From: Chiloscyllium plagiosum
Lineage: Eukaryota
Direction: 5' to 3'
NCBI RefSeq assembly: GCF_004010195.1
Contig: NC_057750.1
Location: 11,184,390 to 11,211,890, forward strand
Length of the DNA stretch: 27,501 bases
In this document: positions 1-11,485 of the stretch, one piece after another
Layout: the number at the start of each line of letters is the position of its first letter
How positions within the stretch are numbered: position 1 is the first letter of the stretch
Position numbers and translations under genes: made by a program
The notes under the pieces: model-generated
Told to the model about the DNA's origin: nothing
Database searches by the model: none
What the model saw: only the letters and a program-made list of their open reading frames with translations

Positions 1-215
1 TGCTTTTAAATCCTACATTTCAGTAAAGTGTCAGTAAGGTGGTTAGGAGACATATGGCATGCTTTCCTTTAAGAATTGGTGGACATACATCCAAGGTCCC
101 TGTGTTCCTTCACTATATGCTACCCTTCAATTTATTGTGCATTCTCTTCCCTTGTTACACATGACAAAATGCATTATCTTATACTTATCTAGATTGCATT
201 TTTCCATTTAGGATA

Positions 216-590
216 GGGAAGCAGTAGCCTGGTAGTAATGTCACTGGATGAATAATGTATGACCAAGGCTAACACTCTGGGGATATGAGCTCATGTCCCA
301 CCACTGCAGTCTATGGAAGTTAAATTCAGTTTTAAAATCTGCGTTATAAAACCATTCTCAGGGATACTGACCATGAAACTAATGTTGATTGGACCAGATT
401 TTCTATAACCTTCCCTCTTTTAGGGAAGGAAATCTGTCATCTTTACTCAGTGTGGCCTACATGTATCTCCAGACAAGCGGCAATGTGATTGACTCTTAAA
501 TGCTCTTTACCATGGCAAAATGAACGAGTACAAAGCAATTAGATGGCCAATATTTATTGTCCAACCCAGGGATGTTCAAATCCTATATTC
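216..590 (+). mobile_element. Degenerate tRNA-derived SINE, SacSINE1/DeuSINE-like
   Basis: tRNA-like head (gcagtagcctggtagtaatgtcactgga...tcatgtcccaccactgcag), central 'tttagggaaggaaatctg...ggcctacatgt' block and 'gatggccaatatttattgtc' tail. The same blocks recur at 2545-2810, 3990-4340 (minus) and 6615-7250. Confidence 0.55.
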
Positions 591-649
591 TAAAAAGCAG
601 CTTAGGGAAGAGTTGATGCAAATTTTGAATCATAGCCTCTTTTGTAGTT

Positions 650-950
650 TTATTTATTCATGAGATGTGGGCAGTACTAGTCTAGCACTTATTGGCAATT
701 CCTTCTTACGCTGTCAGAAGATAGGCTGCCTTCTTGAACTGTACTAGACATACATGCTGTTAATGGAGGGAGTTCCAGGATTTTGACCCAGCAACACTGA
801 AGGAATGGTGGTATATTTCCGAGTCAGGATGGTGAATGGATTGGAGGGGAACATTGCAGGTGCTGTTTCCATGTAACTGCTTCCCTTGTCTTTCCAGAGG
901 ATAATGGTCTTGGGTTTGAAATTGCTGTACAAGATACTTGCTGCACCTTT
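650..950 (-). mobile_element. LINE 3' fragment whose tail is shared with the SacSINE1-like SINEs
   Basis: 'ttattcatgagatgtggg...cttattggcaattcc...ccttcttgaac...gggagttccaggattttgacccagc'; homologous copies at about 7400-7820 and 25398-25777. Confidence 0.55.
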
Positions 951-1029
951 TAAGACCATGTTATTTCATGCTCCCTTTCTGTATGAGACTTAAGAGCAAA
1001 GACTTTTTTCTGAGTGGGTATTGAATTTA

Positions 1030-1195
1030 CAGAGTGATCAAGGCCAGATCATTAAGCATATTCAAAGCTGAGGTAGACATTAAGTATTGGAAAAAGGTAG
1101 GAAAATAGAGTTGAGTATATCAGATTGGCCATGATCTCATTGAATGGCAGAACAGTCTCAATGGGCTGAATGGTCTACTTCCACTCCTTTATCTG
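1030..1195 (+). mobile_element. CR1-type LINE 3' end fragment
   Basis: 'attcaaagctgaggtagac' (FKAEVD-like ORF2 end) followed by 3'UTR 'gatctcattgaatggcaga...gggctgaatggtctacttccactcct'. Confidence 0.55.
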
Positions 1196-1316
1196 ATTGG
1201 TTTTGGAGTGATGTCTAATTCAGCCACCTGTTTAAAAATGGGCAATTGAGACTCTCCAAAATATAGAGCAATTTACATCAAATTGTACAGCACAGAAACA
1301 AACTATTGAGCCCACC

Positions 1317-1600
1317 TAGAATCATAGAATTCCTACAGTGTGGAATCAGGCCATTTGGCCCAAAATCCATCCCCATAATGCCACATTTCCCACAGTTAAC
1401 CCACCTAGCCTACACATCCCTGGACACTATAGGCAATTTAGAATGGCCAATCCACCTAACCTGCACATCTTTAGACTCTGGGAGGAAACCAGAACACCTA
1501 GAGAACTCCCATGCAGACACTCCACACTTTCAGTCATCCAAAACTGGAAGCAAATCCCGGTCCTTGGTGAGAGGCAGCAGTGCTAACCAGTGAGCCACCC
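1317..1600 (-). mobile_element. HE1-like shark tRNA-derived SINE
   Basis: Reverse complement starts gggtggctcactggttagcactgctgcctc (Pol III A box) and ends in a CR1-like tail (ctgtaggaattctatgattcta). Multiple related copies lie in the window. Confidence 0.75.
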
Positions 1601-2544
1601 TGGTCTATTCCAGTGATTATGCCCCACAGAAGCCTCTTCTCACTGAATTCATCCACCTTTTTTTTTCACCAGTCCTCTTTTCCAAGGGGTTTGACCATGG
1701 ACTTCCTTTGGATTCACTCATGCTTTTGCTTTTAGTACAGTAGTTTGTCATTGCCTTCTGCAAGATAGTTGCCCAAAAGAGCCTCTCACTCTTACTTTTT
1801 GTCATCAAACACATTGGAAGAATTTACGAACTGGTCATCAGCCTGCTTAATTATGTTACAAACTCATTTTAAATGGCTAAAAGGTGAGACTTGAATCCAA
1901 AGGTATCATTGTGTCACAGGAGGTCCATACTTCGCCATCCTATTTCATTCTCCTTTGTGTTTATCTAACTTCCCTTTGAATACATTTAAATTATTCAATC
2001 ACTCCCTGTCATAGTGAGTCCCACATTGAAACCACTGTCTGAACAATTCCCCAGTGGATTCATTAGGTAATGAGTCATTGACATTCAGTATTTTGCGGAT
2101 TGAATAATTTGTCATGCACATCCTGTTTGCTGTCAACTGAGATTTTCTTCTTTATCAGTATCTCCAGCTGTCCTGCTTAATCTGGCATCTCATTATCACT
2201 GGTGGGGACTCTTTATCCAAATAATTAGTTTGGGTTATTGGTTTAAATGGAATCAGGCCACATCCTAATCCTCATGATCCACTCTTGCTATTAATTCCAT
2301 TCCCAGTACACATTCAGATTACATTCATCTGTGATCACGAACGCATAGGATCAGAAAATAGTCATTGTGTCCACTAGCTTAGATTAGACTTGTCCACTTC
2401 ACATTGGGTTGATTTAAGCTCCCTGTCCTATTATTTACTCTTTTATGGAATGTGGTCATCACTGAAATTTGTTGTTCATCCCTAACCGCCCTTGAACTGA
2501 ACTTGCCATTTAAGAGAGCAGTTATATTGCAGTGCACCTGGAAT

Positions 2545-2810
2545 AAGGGAGGCTGTGGAATTATAATAATGTCACTGGACTAATAAAGTTCTGGATTAAT
2601 GCTCTGTGAACATGGAAGATGGTGAAATTTCAATTCAATAAAAAGCTAGCCTTCTGTCAGTTGTCATAAAACCTGATTCAGCTCACTAATGCCCATTAGG
2701 ACATGAATGACTCTGCCAACCTTACCTGGTCTCACCAATATATGACTTCAGATACACAACAACTCTATTCTGGGCAATTAGGGATGGGAAATAAATTCTG
2801 ACCAGCCATC
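2545..2810 (+). mobile_element. SacSINE1-like SINE, degenerate
   Basis: 'aatgtcactggactaataa...ctcactaatgcccattagg...ggcaattagggatgggaaataaattctg'. Confidence 0.5.
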
Positions 2811-2829
2811 AAATTATCTGGATATCGCA

Positions 2830-3755
2830 GGCATGGTTAGTAAGTTTGCAGAAGTCAACAAAATTGGTTGAGTAGTAGGCAGTAAAGAAGATTAACTCAG
2901 AATACACAGGGACCTTGATCAGATGGGCCAATGGACAAAGGAGTGGTAGATCGACTTTAACTTAGATAAATATGTGATGTTACAGTTTGGTAAGGCAAAC
3001 CAAGGCAGGGCTTACACAGTTAATAGTAGGGCCCTGAGGTTTGTTACTGGACAAAGAGACCTAGTGGTTCAGGTGGATAGTTCTTTGAAAGAGGAGTTGC
3101 AGGTAGACAGAGTGATGAAGCAAATGTTTGGCATGCTTGTCTTCATTCGTCAGAATCTTGAGTATAGGAGTTGGGACATCACATTGCGGCTGTACAGGAC
3201 ATTGATGAGGCCACTTTTAGAATCCTGCATACAATCCTGGTTACACTTCTATAGGAAGGATGTTATTGAACTTGAGAGGATGCAAAAAAGATTTACATGG
3301 ATGTTGCTGGGGCTGGAGGATTTGAGTTATAGGGAGAGGCTGAATAGGCTGGAGTTATTTTCCCTGGAGCGTCAGGGGCTTAGGGGTGACCTTCTAGAGG
3401 TTTATGAAATCACGAGGGGCATGGATAGGATAAATAGCCAGGGTCTTTTCCGTAGGGTGGTGGAGTCCAAAACTAGAGGGAATAGGTTTAAGGTGAGGGG
3501 GGAAAGACTTAAAAGGACTCTGAAGGGCAACTTCTTCAGAGGGTGGTATATGTCTGGAACAAGCTGCCAGAGGAATGGTGGAGGTGGATACAATTACAAC
3601 ATTGAAAAGGCATCTGGATGGGCATATTAATAAGATGCTTTTAGAGGGATATGGGCCAAATGCTGGCAAATAGGTCAAGACTGAGATGTCTAGTTGGTGC
3701 AGATAAGTGGATTGAAGGTTCTATATCTGTGCTGTATGACTCTATGACTGTATGT
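2830..3755 (+). mobile_element. CR1/HER1-like LINE, 5'-truncated (RT C-terminus plus 3'UTR)
   Basis: Starts near an SKFA-like RT motif. ORF 2974-3630 has CR1 ORF2 C-terminal signatures (LYRTLMRPLLESCIQSW, LERMQKRFT, LSYRERLNRLELFSLE, LRGDLLEVY). Ends in a tandem 'tatgactc' tail. Confidence 0.9.
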
Positions 3756-3989
3756 AATTTTAAAAAAATATGCAGGCCAAACCAGGTAAAAATGGTGGGT
3801 TTCCTTTGCTAAAAGATATTAGTTAACCATATGAGCTTTTACAACAATCCAGTCATTGCACTGAATGGTTTTATTCACTGGTGTATTAATGACCTGAATT
3901 TAAATACTGAAATTCCTGTCTCCTGAATATCAGTCCAGGCATTTGAGTTATCTGTTCAATTACATTATCAGTACACCACCACCACTTTT

Positions 3990-4340
3990 TATTTGTTCAC
4001 AGGATGAGGGTATCACTGGCTAGGCCAGCATTTGTTGTCCATCCCTAATTGCCCAGAGGGCAGTTAAAAGTCAACCACATTGCTGTGGGTCTGGAGTCAC
4101 ATGTAGGCCAGACGAAGTAAGGATGGCAGTTTCCTTCCCTAAAGGACATCAGTGGCCTAGATGGGGTTTTCCAACGATTGACAATGGATTCCTCATCATC
4201 ATAGACTCTTTATTCCAGGTATTTATTGAATTCAAATTCCACCATCTGCCATGGCGGGTTTGAACACAGGTCCCCAGAACATGACCTGGGTCTCTGGATT
4301 AGGTGTCCAGTAATAAAACCACTAGGCCATCACCTTCCCT
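3990..4340 (-). mobile_element. SacSINE1-like SINE, near full length
   Basis: Minus strand reads from a tRNA-like head (ggtgatggcctagtggttttattactggac...gttcaaacccgccatggcagatgg) through the central domain to the LINE-derived tail ending in an A-rich run. Confidence 0.65.
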
Positions 4341-4344
4341 ATCA

Positions 4345-4800
4345 AGGGAGTGCTGTGAAAGTTCACCAGTCTGATTCCAGGGATTGTTGGATAAGGAGAA
4401 ATTGGTCAGTTTCCTGTACAATGGATTATGGAAGAATCAGAGGAGGTCTCATTGAAACATATAAAGCTCTGACTGGGCAGGAGGCAAGGACTGTACTTCC
4501 CCTGCCTGCGGGGTCGAAGACAAGGGCACCCAAGGAGTCACAACTCAGGAGGTGGGGTTAGGCCATCTCAGACTGATGAAAACTTTCTTTACTCCATCCA
4601 TGGTGAACCTTTCAAATTATCTGCCTTAGGAGACTGTGGAAGGCAAGTCACGATGTATTTAAGAAGTAAACAAAGATTTCTGGGCACTAAAGGGGTTCAG
4701 AAGAAAGCAGGGGCATGGCATTGAGATAGAGGACTAGCCATGGTCACATTGACAGCACGGTGGTATAGATGGGCGGAATGGCCCAATGTCGCTCACCTTC
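4345..4800 (+). mobile_element. Degenerate CR1 LINE 3' fragment
   Basis: Translates to 'RIRGGLIETYKALTG'; retains the 'aactttcttt...tggtgaacct' motif and a CR1-like 3'UTR. Confidence 0.6.
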
Positions 4801-4869
4801 CTCCCACCGACCCACCCACTCAAAAACAAGTGACAGACTCAAGTTACAAACTGCAAAGATGATACACTG

Positions 4870-5720
4870 GGGTGGCTGCCGGGAATGAAGCAGTCCGGGG
4901 CAGAGTGACAGGGCTGCCTGACTGTCTGCTTCCCTCTCAGGCTCCGCCTTTGACTGAGAGCAGTGAGGCAGAGGGATCAGAATCCGCCACACAGACCCAG
5001 CGGGTAAGTCTGCGCCAATGCGGGGTTTGCGAAATGCGCTAACGAATTCTGAATACAGGTAACGACACCCACATACCCCCCTGCCCCCCTCCCCACCCCC
5101 AAAACCACATTGCAGCTCGGAAAACCTTCATCTTTGGGGCTTCTCATTGTCAATTTCAGATGAAATTGACACGATGGATTATAAACCCGTTAGTTTCCTG
5201 TGTTGCACAGAGAAAGGTCCTTGCAAATACCTAAATGGATCTTCATTGTTGCAATTGGTATTAATTCTGGGCCCTTTTCTCTGCTGACACGGGCGAATGC
5301 GGATCTATCCCTGTGTTGTGTGTGTGTGTGTGTTTCTGGGCTGTCACGTTGCCAGAAACGAGTTTGCGTTAATCGCAATTTCTCTCAGTTCTTTGCACAT
5401 TCATTGAATTTCAGTAGCAGGTGGGTTACAAATAGACGATACCGTCTGGGTGAACCGGGAAACCGAGCTGGGTTAGAGTCAGAGGAGCAACTCTGTCAGA
5501 AGGTAGCAGAATCAAGTGAAACAATTAAACCCAGACTGACTACCCCGCTTCATTAATCCAGCTTGTGTCTGATAAACACCGCCCAGGCTTGTTGCATTGT
5601 CTCGGAGATCACTTCTCGAGACACTGCGTATTTCTCACTGCTGTTAAAAACGAAGGAAATCAAACCGTAGTTTATTCGGGAGCGGACTGATTTCGTTCGA
5701 GGGCATGAACTGCACAATGC
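4870..5720 (+). promoter_or_regulatory. CpG-rich putative promoter region with a candidate non-coding first exon ending at 5003
   Basis: Non-repetitive and visibly CpG-enriched against a CpG-depleted background. Has a GC-box-like 'ggctccgcct' (~4940) and a consensus donor CGG|GTAAGT (GT at 5004-5005) upstream of the plus-strand gene. Confidence 0.45.
5318..5333. repeat. (GT)n microsatellite
   Basis: Uninterrupted gtgtgtgtgtgtgtgt run. Confidence 0.85.
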
Positions 5721-5724
5721 TGAT

Positions 5725-5835
5725 AAAAGCAAAAACACTGCGGATGCTGGAAATCTAACATAGACAGAGAGAATGCTAGAGAAACCCAGCAGGTCTGGCA
5801 ACATCTGTGGAGAGAGAGTACCAGTTAATGTTACC
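5725..5835 (-). mobile_element. Penelope-like pseudo-LTR fragment
   Basis: 'aaaacactgcggatgctggaaatct...cccagcaggtctggcaacatctgtggagagag', homologous to 15670-15810 and 20470-20612. Confidence 0.5.
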
Positions 5836-6117
5836 AGCCTGGTGGAGCTGCTGGGTGAAGATGAGATGAGAGGGATAGGGGTCAGACCAGTTGGTTCAGA
5901 GGTAACAAAAGGCAAGGGTGAGGGGTTCAACAGCGGAGGCAGGAATGAGGCTGTTGACAGGGAATGTATTTCCTGATGTTGTGATGGTAAGGAGGTCAGC
6001 CAAGTGGATCTCATTGATTATAAGTTCACTGATTGGTCTCAATCAGGGAGCCTTGGGTGACATACAAACAGGAGCATCAGAGGTTCTGTTGACTCAGAGC
6101 TGGCTCTGAGGGAGCTG

Positions 6118-6578
6118 GATGGAGGATGTTGCCAGGGTTGGAGGATTTGAGCTATAGGGAGAGGTTGAATAGGCTAGGGCTGTTTTCCCTGGAGTGTTGG
6201 AGGCTGAGGGGTGACCTTGTAGAGGTTTATAAAATCATGAGGGGCATGAATAGGGTGAATAGACAAAGTCTGGGGCGGGGGAGTCCAGAACTAGAGGGCA
6301 TAGGTTTAGGGTGAGAGGGGAAAGATATAAAAGAGACCTAAGGAGCAATGTTTTCACACAGAGGGTGGTGCGTGTATGGAATGAGCTGCCAGAGGAAGTG
6401 GTGGAGGCTGGTACAATTGCAACATTTAAAAGGCATCTGGATGGGTATATGAATAGGAAGGGTTTGGATGGATATGGGCCAGGTGCTGGCAGGTGGGACT
6501 AGATTGGGTTGGGATATCTGGTCAGCATGGATGGGTTGGACCGAATGGTCTGTTTCCATGCTGTATGTCACTATGACC
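6118..6578 (+). mobile_element. CR1/HER1-like LINE 3' fragment
   Basis: MLPGLEDLSYRERLNRLGLFSLE...LRGDLVEVYKIMRG, then FTQRVVRVWNELPEEVVEAGTIATFKRHLD, then a 3'UTR ending ctatgac. Confidence 0.9.
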
Positions 6579-6614
6579 AGTGTCAAATACTATGCACATG
6601 TAAATAAAGGGTGA

Positions 6615-7250
6615 CGTGGAGCCTCTGTGGAGTTATATCACCTGGTAATATAACCCAGAGACCCAGAAACATTTCTGGGTACACAGGTTCAAATCCTGCA
6701 CCATCAGGGTTGTTTTTCTAAATTACCAGTTTACAGGATGTGAGTGTCACTGGCCAGGCCAGAATTTATTACCCATCTCTAATTGCCCCGAGGACATTTA
6801 CGAGTCAGTCCCATTGGAGTCACCTGTAGGCTAGACCCATTAAGGACAGAATTCCTTCCCTAAAAGATATTAGTGAATGCAGGGTTTTTAGGACAATGGT
6901 CACCATTAGACCATCATTTTAATTCCAGATTTTCGTTGAATTCAGATTTCATCATCTGTCATGCTAGGATTCGAATGCATGTTCCCAACACATTAGCCTG
7001 GGGTTCTGGATTACTGGTGCAGTGATTATCACTCCATCACTGCCTCCCCTCCAATTCAATTCATGGCACCTATGAAACACCAATTGGCATCCTGCAATGA
7101 ATTAAATCTACTGTCCTTACCTGTCTGGCCTACAGGTCCATAGTTATGTGATGGACCCTTAACTGCCATCTGAAATGGTCCATCCAGCCACTCAGTCCAA
7201 GGTCAATTAAGGGTGGGCAAATGATGGCCTTACCAGCAATGCTTAATGAA
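6615..7250. mobile_element. Nested SacSINE1-like SINEs: a minus-strand copy (~6735-7050) inside a plus-strand copy
   Basis: Plus-strand head with B box 'ggttcaaatcc' (~6686) and tail 'ggtcaattaagggtgggcaaat' (~7201) flank a reverse-oriented copy. Confidence 0.5.
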
Positions 7251-7399
7251 TAATAAGCAGTTATGTAAATGAAAAGCAGTTATGGTTGCACGTTATTTGT
7301 GAAATAAAGCAAAGAATTGCATTTAGTCTCAGGCAATATTCAGCAAGTGAGATGGAGTGGGCTAAGGAACTGAGTTTGTTATGCATTTATTAAATATAG

Positions 7400-7818
7400 G
7401 TACTGCTGGCTAGGTTATCATTTACTGACCACCCCTAGCTGCTCTTAAGCTGTCTTCTTGAACCACTGTAGTCCATCTGGTGTAGGTACACTCACCATTC
7501 TGTAAGGATAGACATTCCAGTATTTTGACCCTAATGTCAGTGAAGGAGTGATGATATATTACCAGCTCAGAATGCTATGTGAGTTGGAAGGGAACCTGCC
7601 AGTAGTGATGTTCTCTAGAGGGTTGTGGCTACAAATTTGGAAGGTGCTGTCAAAGCAGCCTTGCTAAATCGCCATAGTTCACCTTGGGTACACACTGCTA
7701 TTACTGAGCATCAGCTAGTGGAGGCAGTAAATATTGAAGGTGGTGGATGGGCTGTTAATCAAACTGATGTTTCGTCATGAAAGAACTACTTAAATATTAT
7801 TTGAGCTGCACTCATCCA
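7400..7818 (-). mobile_element. LINE 3' fragment (same family as 650-950)
   Basis: Shared blocks 'tcttcttgaaccactg', 'ccagtattttgaccc', 'gttggaagggaacctg'. Confidence 0.55.
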
Positions 7819-8347
7819 GGATTGTGTGCAATTCTAGTCTCCCTCCTATAGGAAGGATATTGTGAAATTTGAAAGGGTTCAGAGAAGATTTACAAGCATG
7901 TTGCCAGGGTTGGAGGGTCTGAGCTATAGGGAGAGGCTGAATAGACTGCTGTTTTTCCCTGGAGTATCAGAGGCTGAGGGGTGAGGGGTGACCTTACAGA
8001 GGTTTATAAAATCATGAGGGGCATGGAATAGGGTGAATAGTCAAGATTGTCTCCTCAAGGTAAGGGTGTCCCAAACTAGAGAGCATAGGTTTAAGGTGGG
8101 AGGGGAAAGATTTAAAAGGGACCTAAGGGACAACCGTTTTTACACAGAGGGTGGTGCATGCATGGAATGAACTGCCAGAGGAAGTGATGGAGGCTGGTAC
8201 AATTACAACATTTAAAAGGCATCTGGATGGGTATATGAATAGGAAGGGTTTAGAAGGATATGGGTCAAATGCTAGATTAATTTAGGATATCTGGTTGATA
8301 TGGATGAATTGTACTGAAGGGTCTGCACACCTCTTATGACTCTATGA
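7819..8347 (+). mobile_element. CR1/HER1-like LINE 3' fragment
   Basis: Close homologue of 6118-6578 with frameshifts; ends in 'tatgactctatga'. Confidence 0.88.
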
Positions 8348-8737
8348 TTTTACCACTAAAATATTTATGGGACCAAGGGCAAGTAAATGTGGGTAATGTA
8401 CTGTTTAGCAAATGAAAACGGTTGTATGCTTTTGTTCTTAATGTTTGTTCCCAGATTGGCTCTTCTACTGCCTGTCACCCGATATGGTAATCAAAAGCCT
8501 AATCCCCTGTACATTTTCTCACTCCACATGCATCAGCAGCTTTTCTGTTATTGCTGAGACAATTGGAAATGTTCTGTTGCGCAGCCTTGAATGGACAAGC
8601 TGTTGCTAGGCTAATCTGTAACTCTCACTCTTGTGTCAGCATGCCTTAATTCTTTTGTTTTATCAGCTTCTCTTAACACTGCTTTATAGTCTTCCTCACA
8701 TTTGTAATCCTGTCTTCCTTCCAGTGCCCTTGCTAAC

Positions 8738-9670
8738 AACAGCAACTTATATTTGTGTAGCACCTTGAATGCAATCAAATATCCCAAGGCATTTCACAGA
8801 AGCACAATCAAGTTAAATATGACACCAAGTCACATTAAGGGAATAAGTAGGCCAGATGACCAAAAGCCTAGTTAAAAATGGAGGTTTTCAGATAAAAGAT
8901 AAAGTTGTCTTAGTCCTACCAGACCACAGGGCTGATCTCTCATTAGAAAGAGATGATTGCTGGTGGTTTAATCTGAGGGTCAGCATGCTTCAGGTGAGGA
9001 GAGAGTTGAGAAGGAGAGTCCTTCATGGTAACCTCAGCCAATGCAGGGTTTTTAAAAAAAAAAATCATTCTTGAGATGAGGGCATCACTGCCTAGGTCCA
9101 CATTACTATCCATTTCCTAATTGCTCAGAGGGCAGTTAAGAGTCAACCACGTTGCTGTGGGTCTGGAGTCACATGTACCCAGACAAGGTAAGGATTGAAC
9201 CCAATGTGTTAGCATCTCAGTTGGCTAGACAGCTTGTTTGTGATGCGGAATGATGCCCACAGCACAGGTTCAATTCCCAGCTGTGGTTACCAGCTGAGGT
9301 TACCAGGAAGGTCCCACTTTCTCAACCTTGCCCATGGCATGGTGACCCTCCAGTCAAACCATCACCAATCAGCTTGTCTCGATTGAGAGAGCAGCTGTAT
9401 AGACCACTCGGACTGTGGCGACTTTAAGCAATGTATTAGTGGAGGAAATATGGAAGAACGGGAATTCCAGAACTTGGGAGTCTTGGTATCAACAGCATGC
9501 CACCAGTGGTGGAACAATTAAAATTGGGGATGCTGAAGACACCAGGATGAAGGAATTTAGATATTTCAGAGGCAGGCAGAGATTACAGAGATAAGGAGGG
9601 GTGGCATTTGAAAATAGGGATGAAAATTTTGGTGTCAAGATGTTGCTTGATCAGGGGCCAAGGTAGGTCA
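8738..9670 (-). mobile_element. L2-like LINE 3' fragment interrupted by two head-to-head SINE copies (~8895-9215 minus, ~9216-9425 plus)
   Basis: L2-type tail 'aacagcaacttatatttgtgtagcacctt...cccaaggcatttcacag' resumes near 9430. The inserted SINEs share 'ctgaggttacca...ttctcaacc...gagagagcagc' in opposite orientations. Confidence 0.45.
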
Positions 9671-10482
9671 TTTTCATAGCATCAATCACTTTTTAATATT
9701 CACTGCCTTCACCACTGGCGCACAGTGTGTGGACCATCTACAAGATGTGCTGCAATTACTCACCAAGACCTCTATGATGTAAAACAATGGTTCTGAAAGG
9801 CTTAATGTTGGAGACTACATTAAACTCCATCCAATACGATGATATCGTAAGGACTTGGGTTGGAAAGGCAGAAAATCTTAGCACTTTGCAGTTCTCCCAA
9901 TAGTCTGAGTAACAATGACTAACTTGATAATGGAACTTGTGCCTGGTTGTTATCCTACAATAAATGGCATGACTATTACTGTAAACCAAGTATGGCTTAA
10001 GACTCAGTCAATGTAATGGTGGCAGATAACTACGTAAGACACCAGATGGTAGTGATTGACATCATAGCACATCATACAGCTCCTTCAACAGCGCCTTCCA
10101 AACCTGCAACCGCGACCACCAAGAATGACAAGGGCAGCAGTTGTGTGTAAGCAACACTACATGCAATTTCCCAACATTATCCTGGCTTGAAATTGTATTG
10201 CCATTCCTTTAACGTCACCTGATCAAAATCCTGGAACTTATAGCCCTAACTGCACTGGAGGGGAGTTGTACCTACACCAGATGAAGTGAAGTGTTTAAAG
10301 AAGGTGGCTTACAGCTACCATCTGAAGATGAGCAAAAAATATTTGTTCGTGGAATGAATTTAAAAAATCTTGACTCACTCAACATGCAGGAATGTTTTTT
10401 TTTGCTGTTGCTGCTACTGTTGGAACATTTCATTACTCAGTCCTGAATAGCTGTTGCTAGGCTAACTCTGTAACTCCCTCAG

Positions 10483-10521
10483 TCTCTCTCTTTCTCTCCT
10501 CTCAACTTTTCTCTCTCTCTC
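10483..10521. repeat. (CT)n-rich microsatellite
   Basis: tctctctctttctctcctctcaacttttctctctctctc. Confidence 0.7.
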
Positions 10522-11485
10522 AGTTATGCATCAAGAATACTGAGCCTCAGAGGCCAGAAAGGTACAAACCTTGGTCTTTGCTGAGTTAGCTGACCTCATT
10601 TGAGGAGTATGAGGCCGGACTGAGGAAGGTTCGTGCTCCTGATTGTTATCCAGTGACTCTGGATGAGAACAGGATCAGACATGGCAATGATGCATTCCTC
10701 AGGCAAGTATGATTCAGACGCGAAGGATGGTTCTTTGGATGAGGATCTAAGTGGTTACCATCTGGTGTTTAACCTGTTCCTGTTTGTGGGATACTACCAT
10801 GCACAAACTGACCACCATGTTTCCTACAACATTTTGCTCCATTGGGTGTAAAGCATTTTGCGATATCCTGACAATTGTGAAAGATGCTACATAAACGCAA
10901 GTCTTTCTTTTCCTTCCATGAGTGCTGTAGTGTGTGCTGGGTGCACAAGGTAACCTTGTTTGTAACACTATCTTTCCCTTTTTCTTTGTACAGCCGTGTG
11001 GTTTCATTCTTGCGTATGCCATGGAACGTGATCCCACGCCTTGCTTCAGTCGCAACCTATCTGGGTCAGAAGAGATGGATTAACTTTTCCGAGAACCCTG
11101 GGATCTGAATTAAAGCACAAGAGAAGAAAGAGAAAGGGGGCTGTTTTGAGTTATTCTCAGCAGCAAAGTTCCCATCCAATTATCCTGACTCCCAGACCTG
11201 TGCTCCCAAGGTGGGCACACAATGGTTTGAGGGGCAGATTCCAGTTGGTGTTTGGAAACTGTAAGTACGTAAAGGGGTGTGGAAGTTGGCGAGGGTGGGA
11301 GAGGAAAGAAAACATCTTGAAACTTTGCCACACTGCGTTAAAAGAAACTTAGAAAAATTGGAGGAGGGGTTACCAGGAACAGCAGGACATTCAGAAGACA
11401 CTAGGGGCAGCAGTCCAATGCGGGGGATGGAGTTTCAGAGCCTCTTCCAGTTTTAAATAGAGAAGGGATCTGGGCATCATTGGAA

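Noticed and set aside
2974..3630. 218-aa ORF as a host gene
   Set aside because: It is the C-terminal part of CR1 ORF2, repeated at 6126, ~7820 and 13778, with a frameshifted end.
5200..6014. ORFs of 118 and 153 aa in the CpG-rich region
   Set aside because: No recognisable domain; they span a GT microsatellite and repeat fragments.
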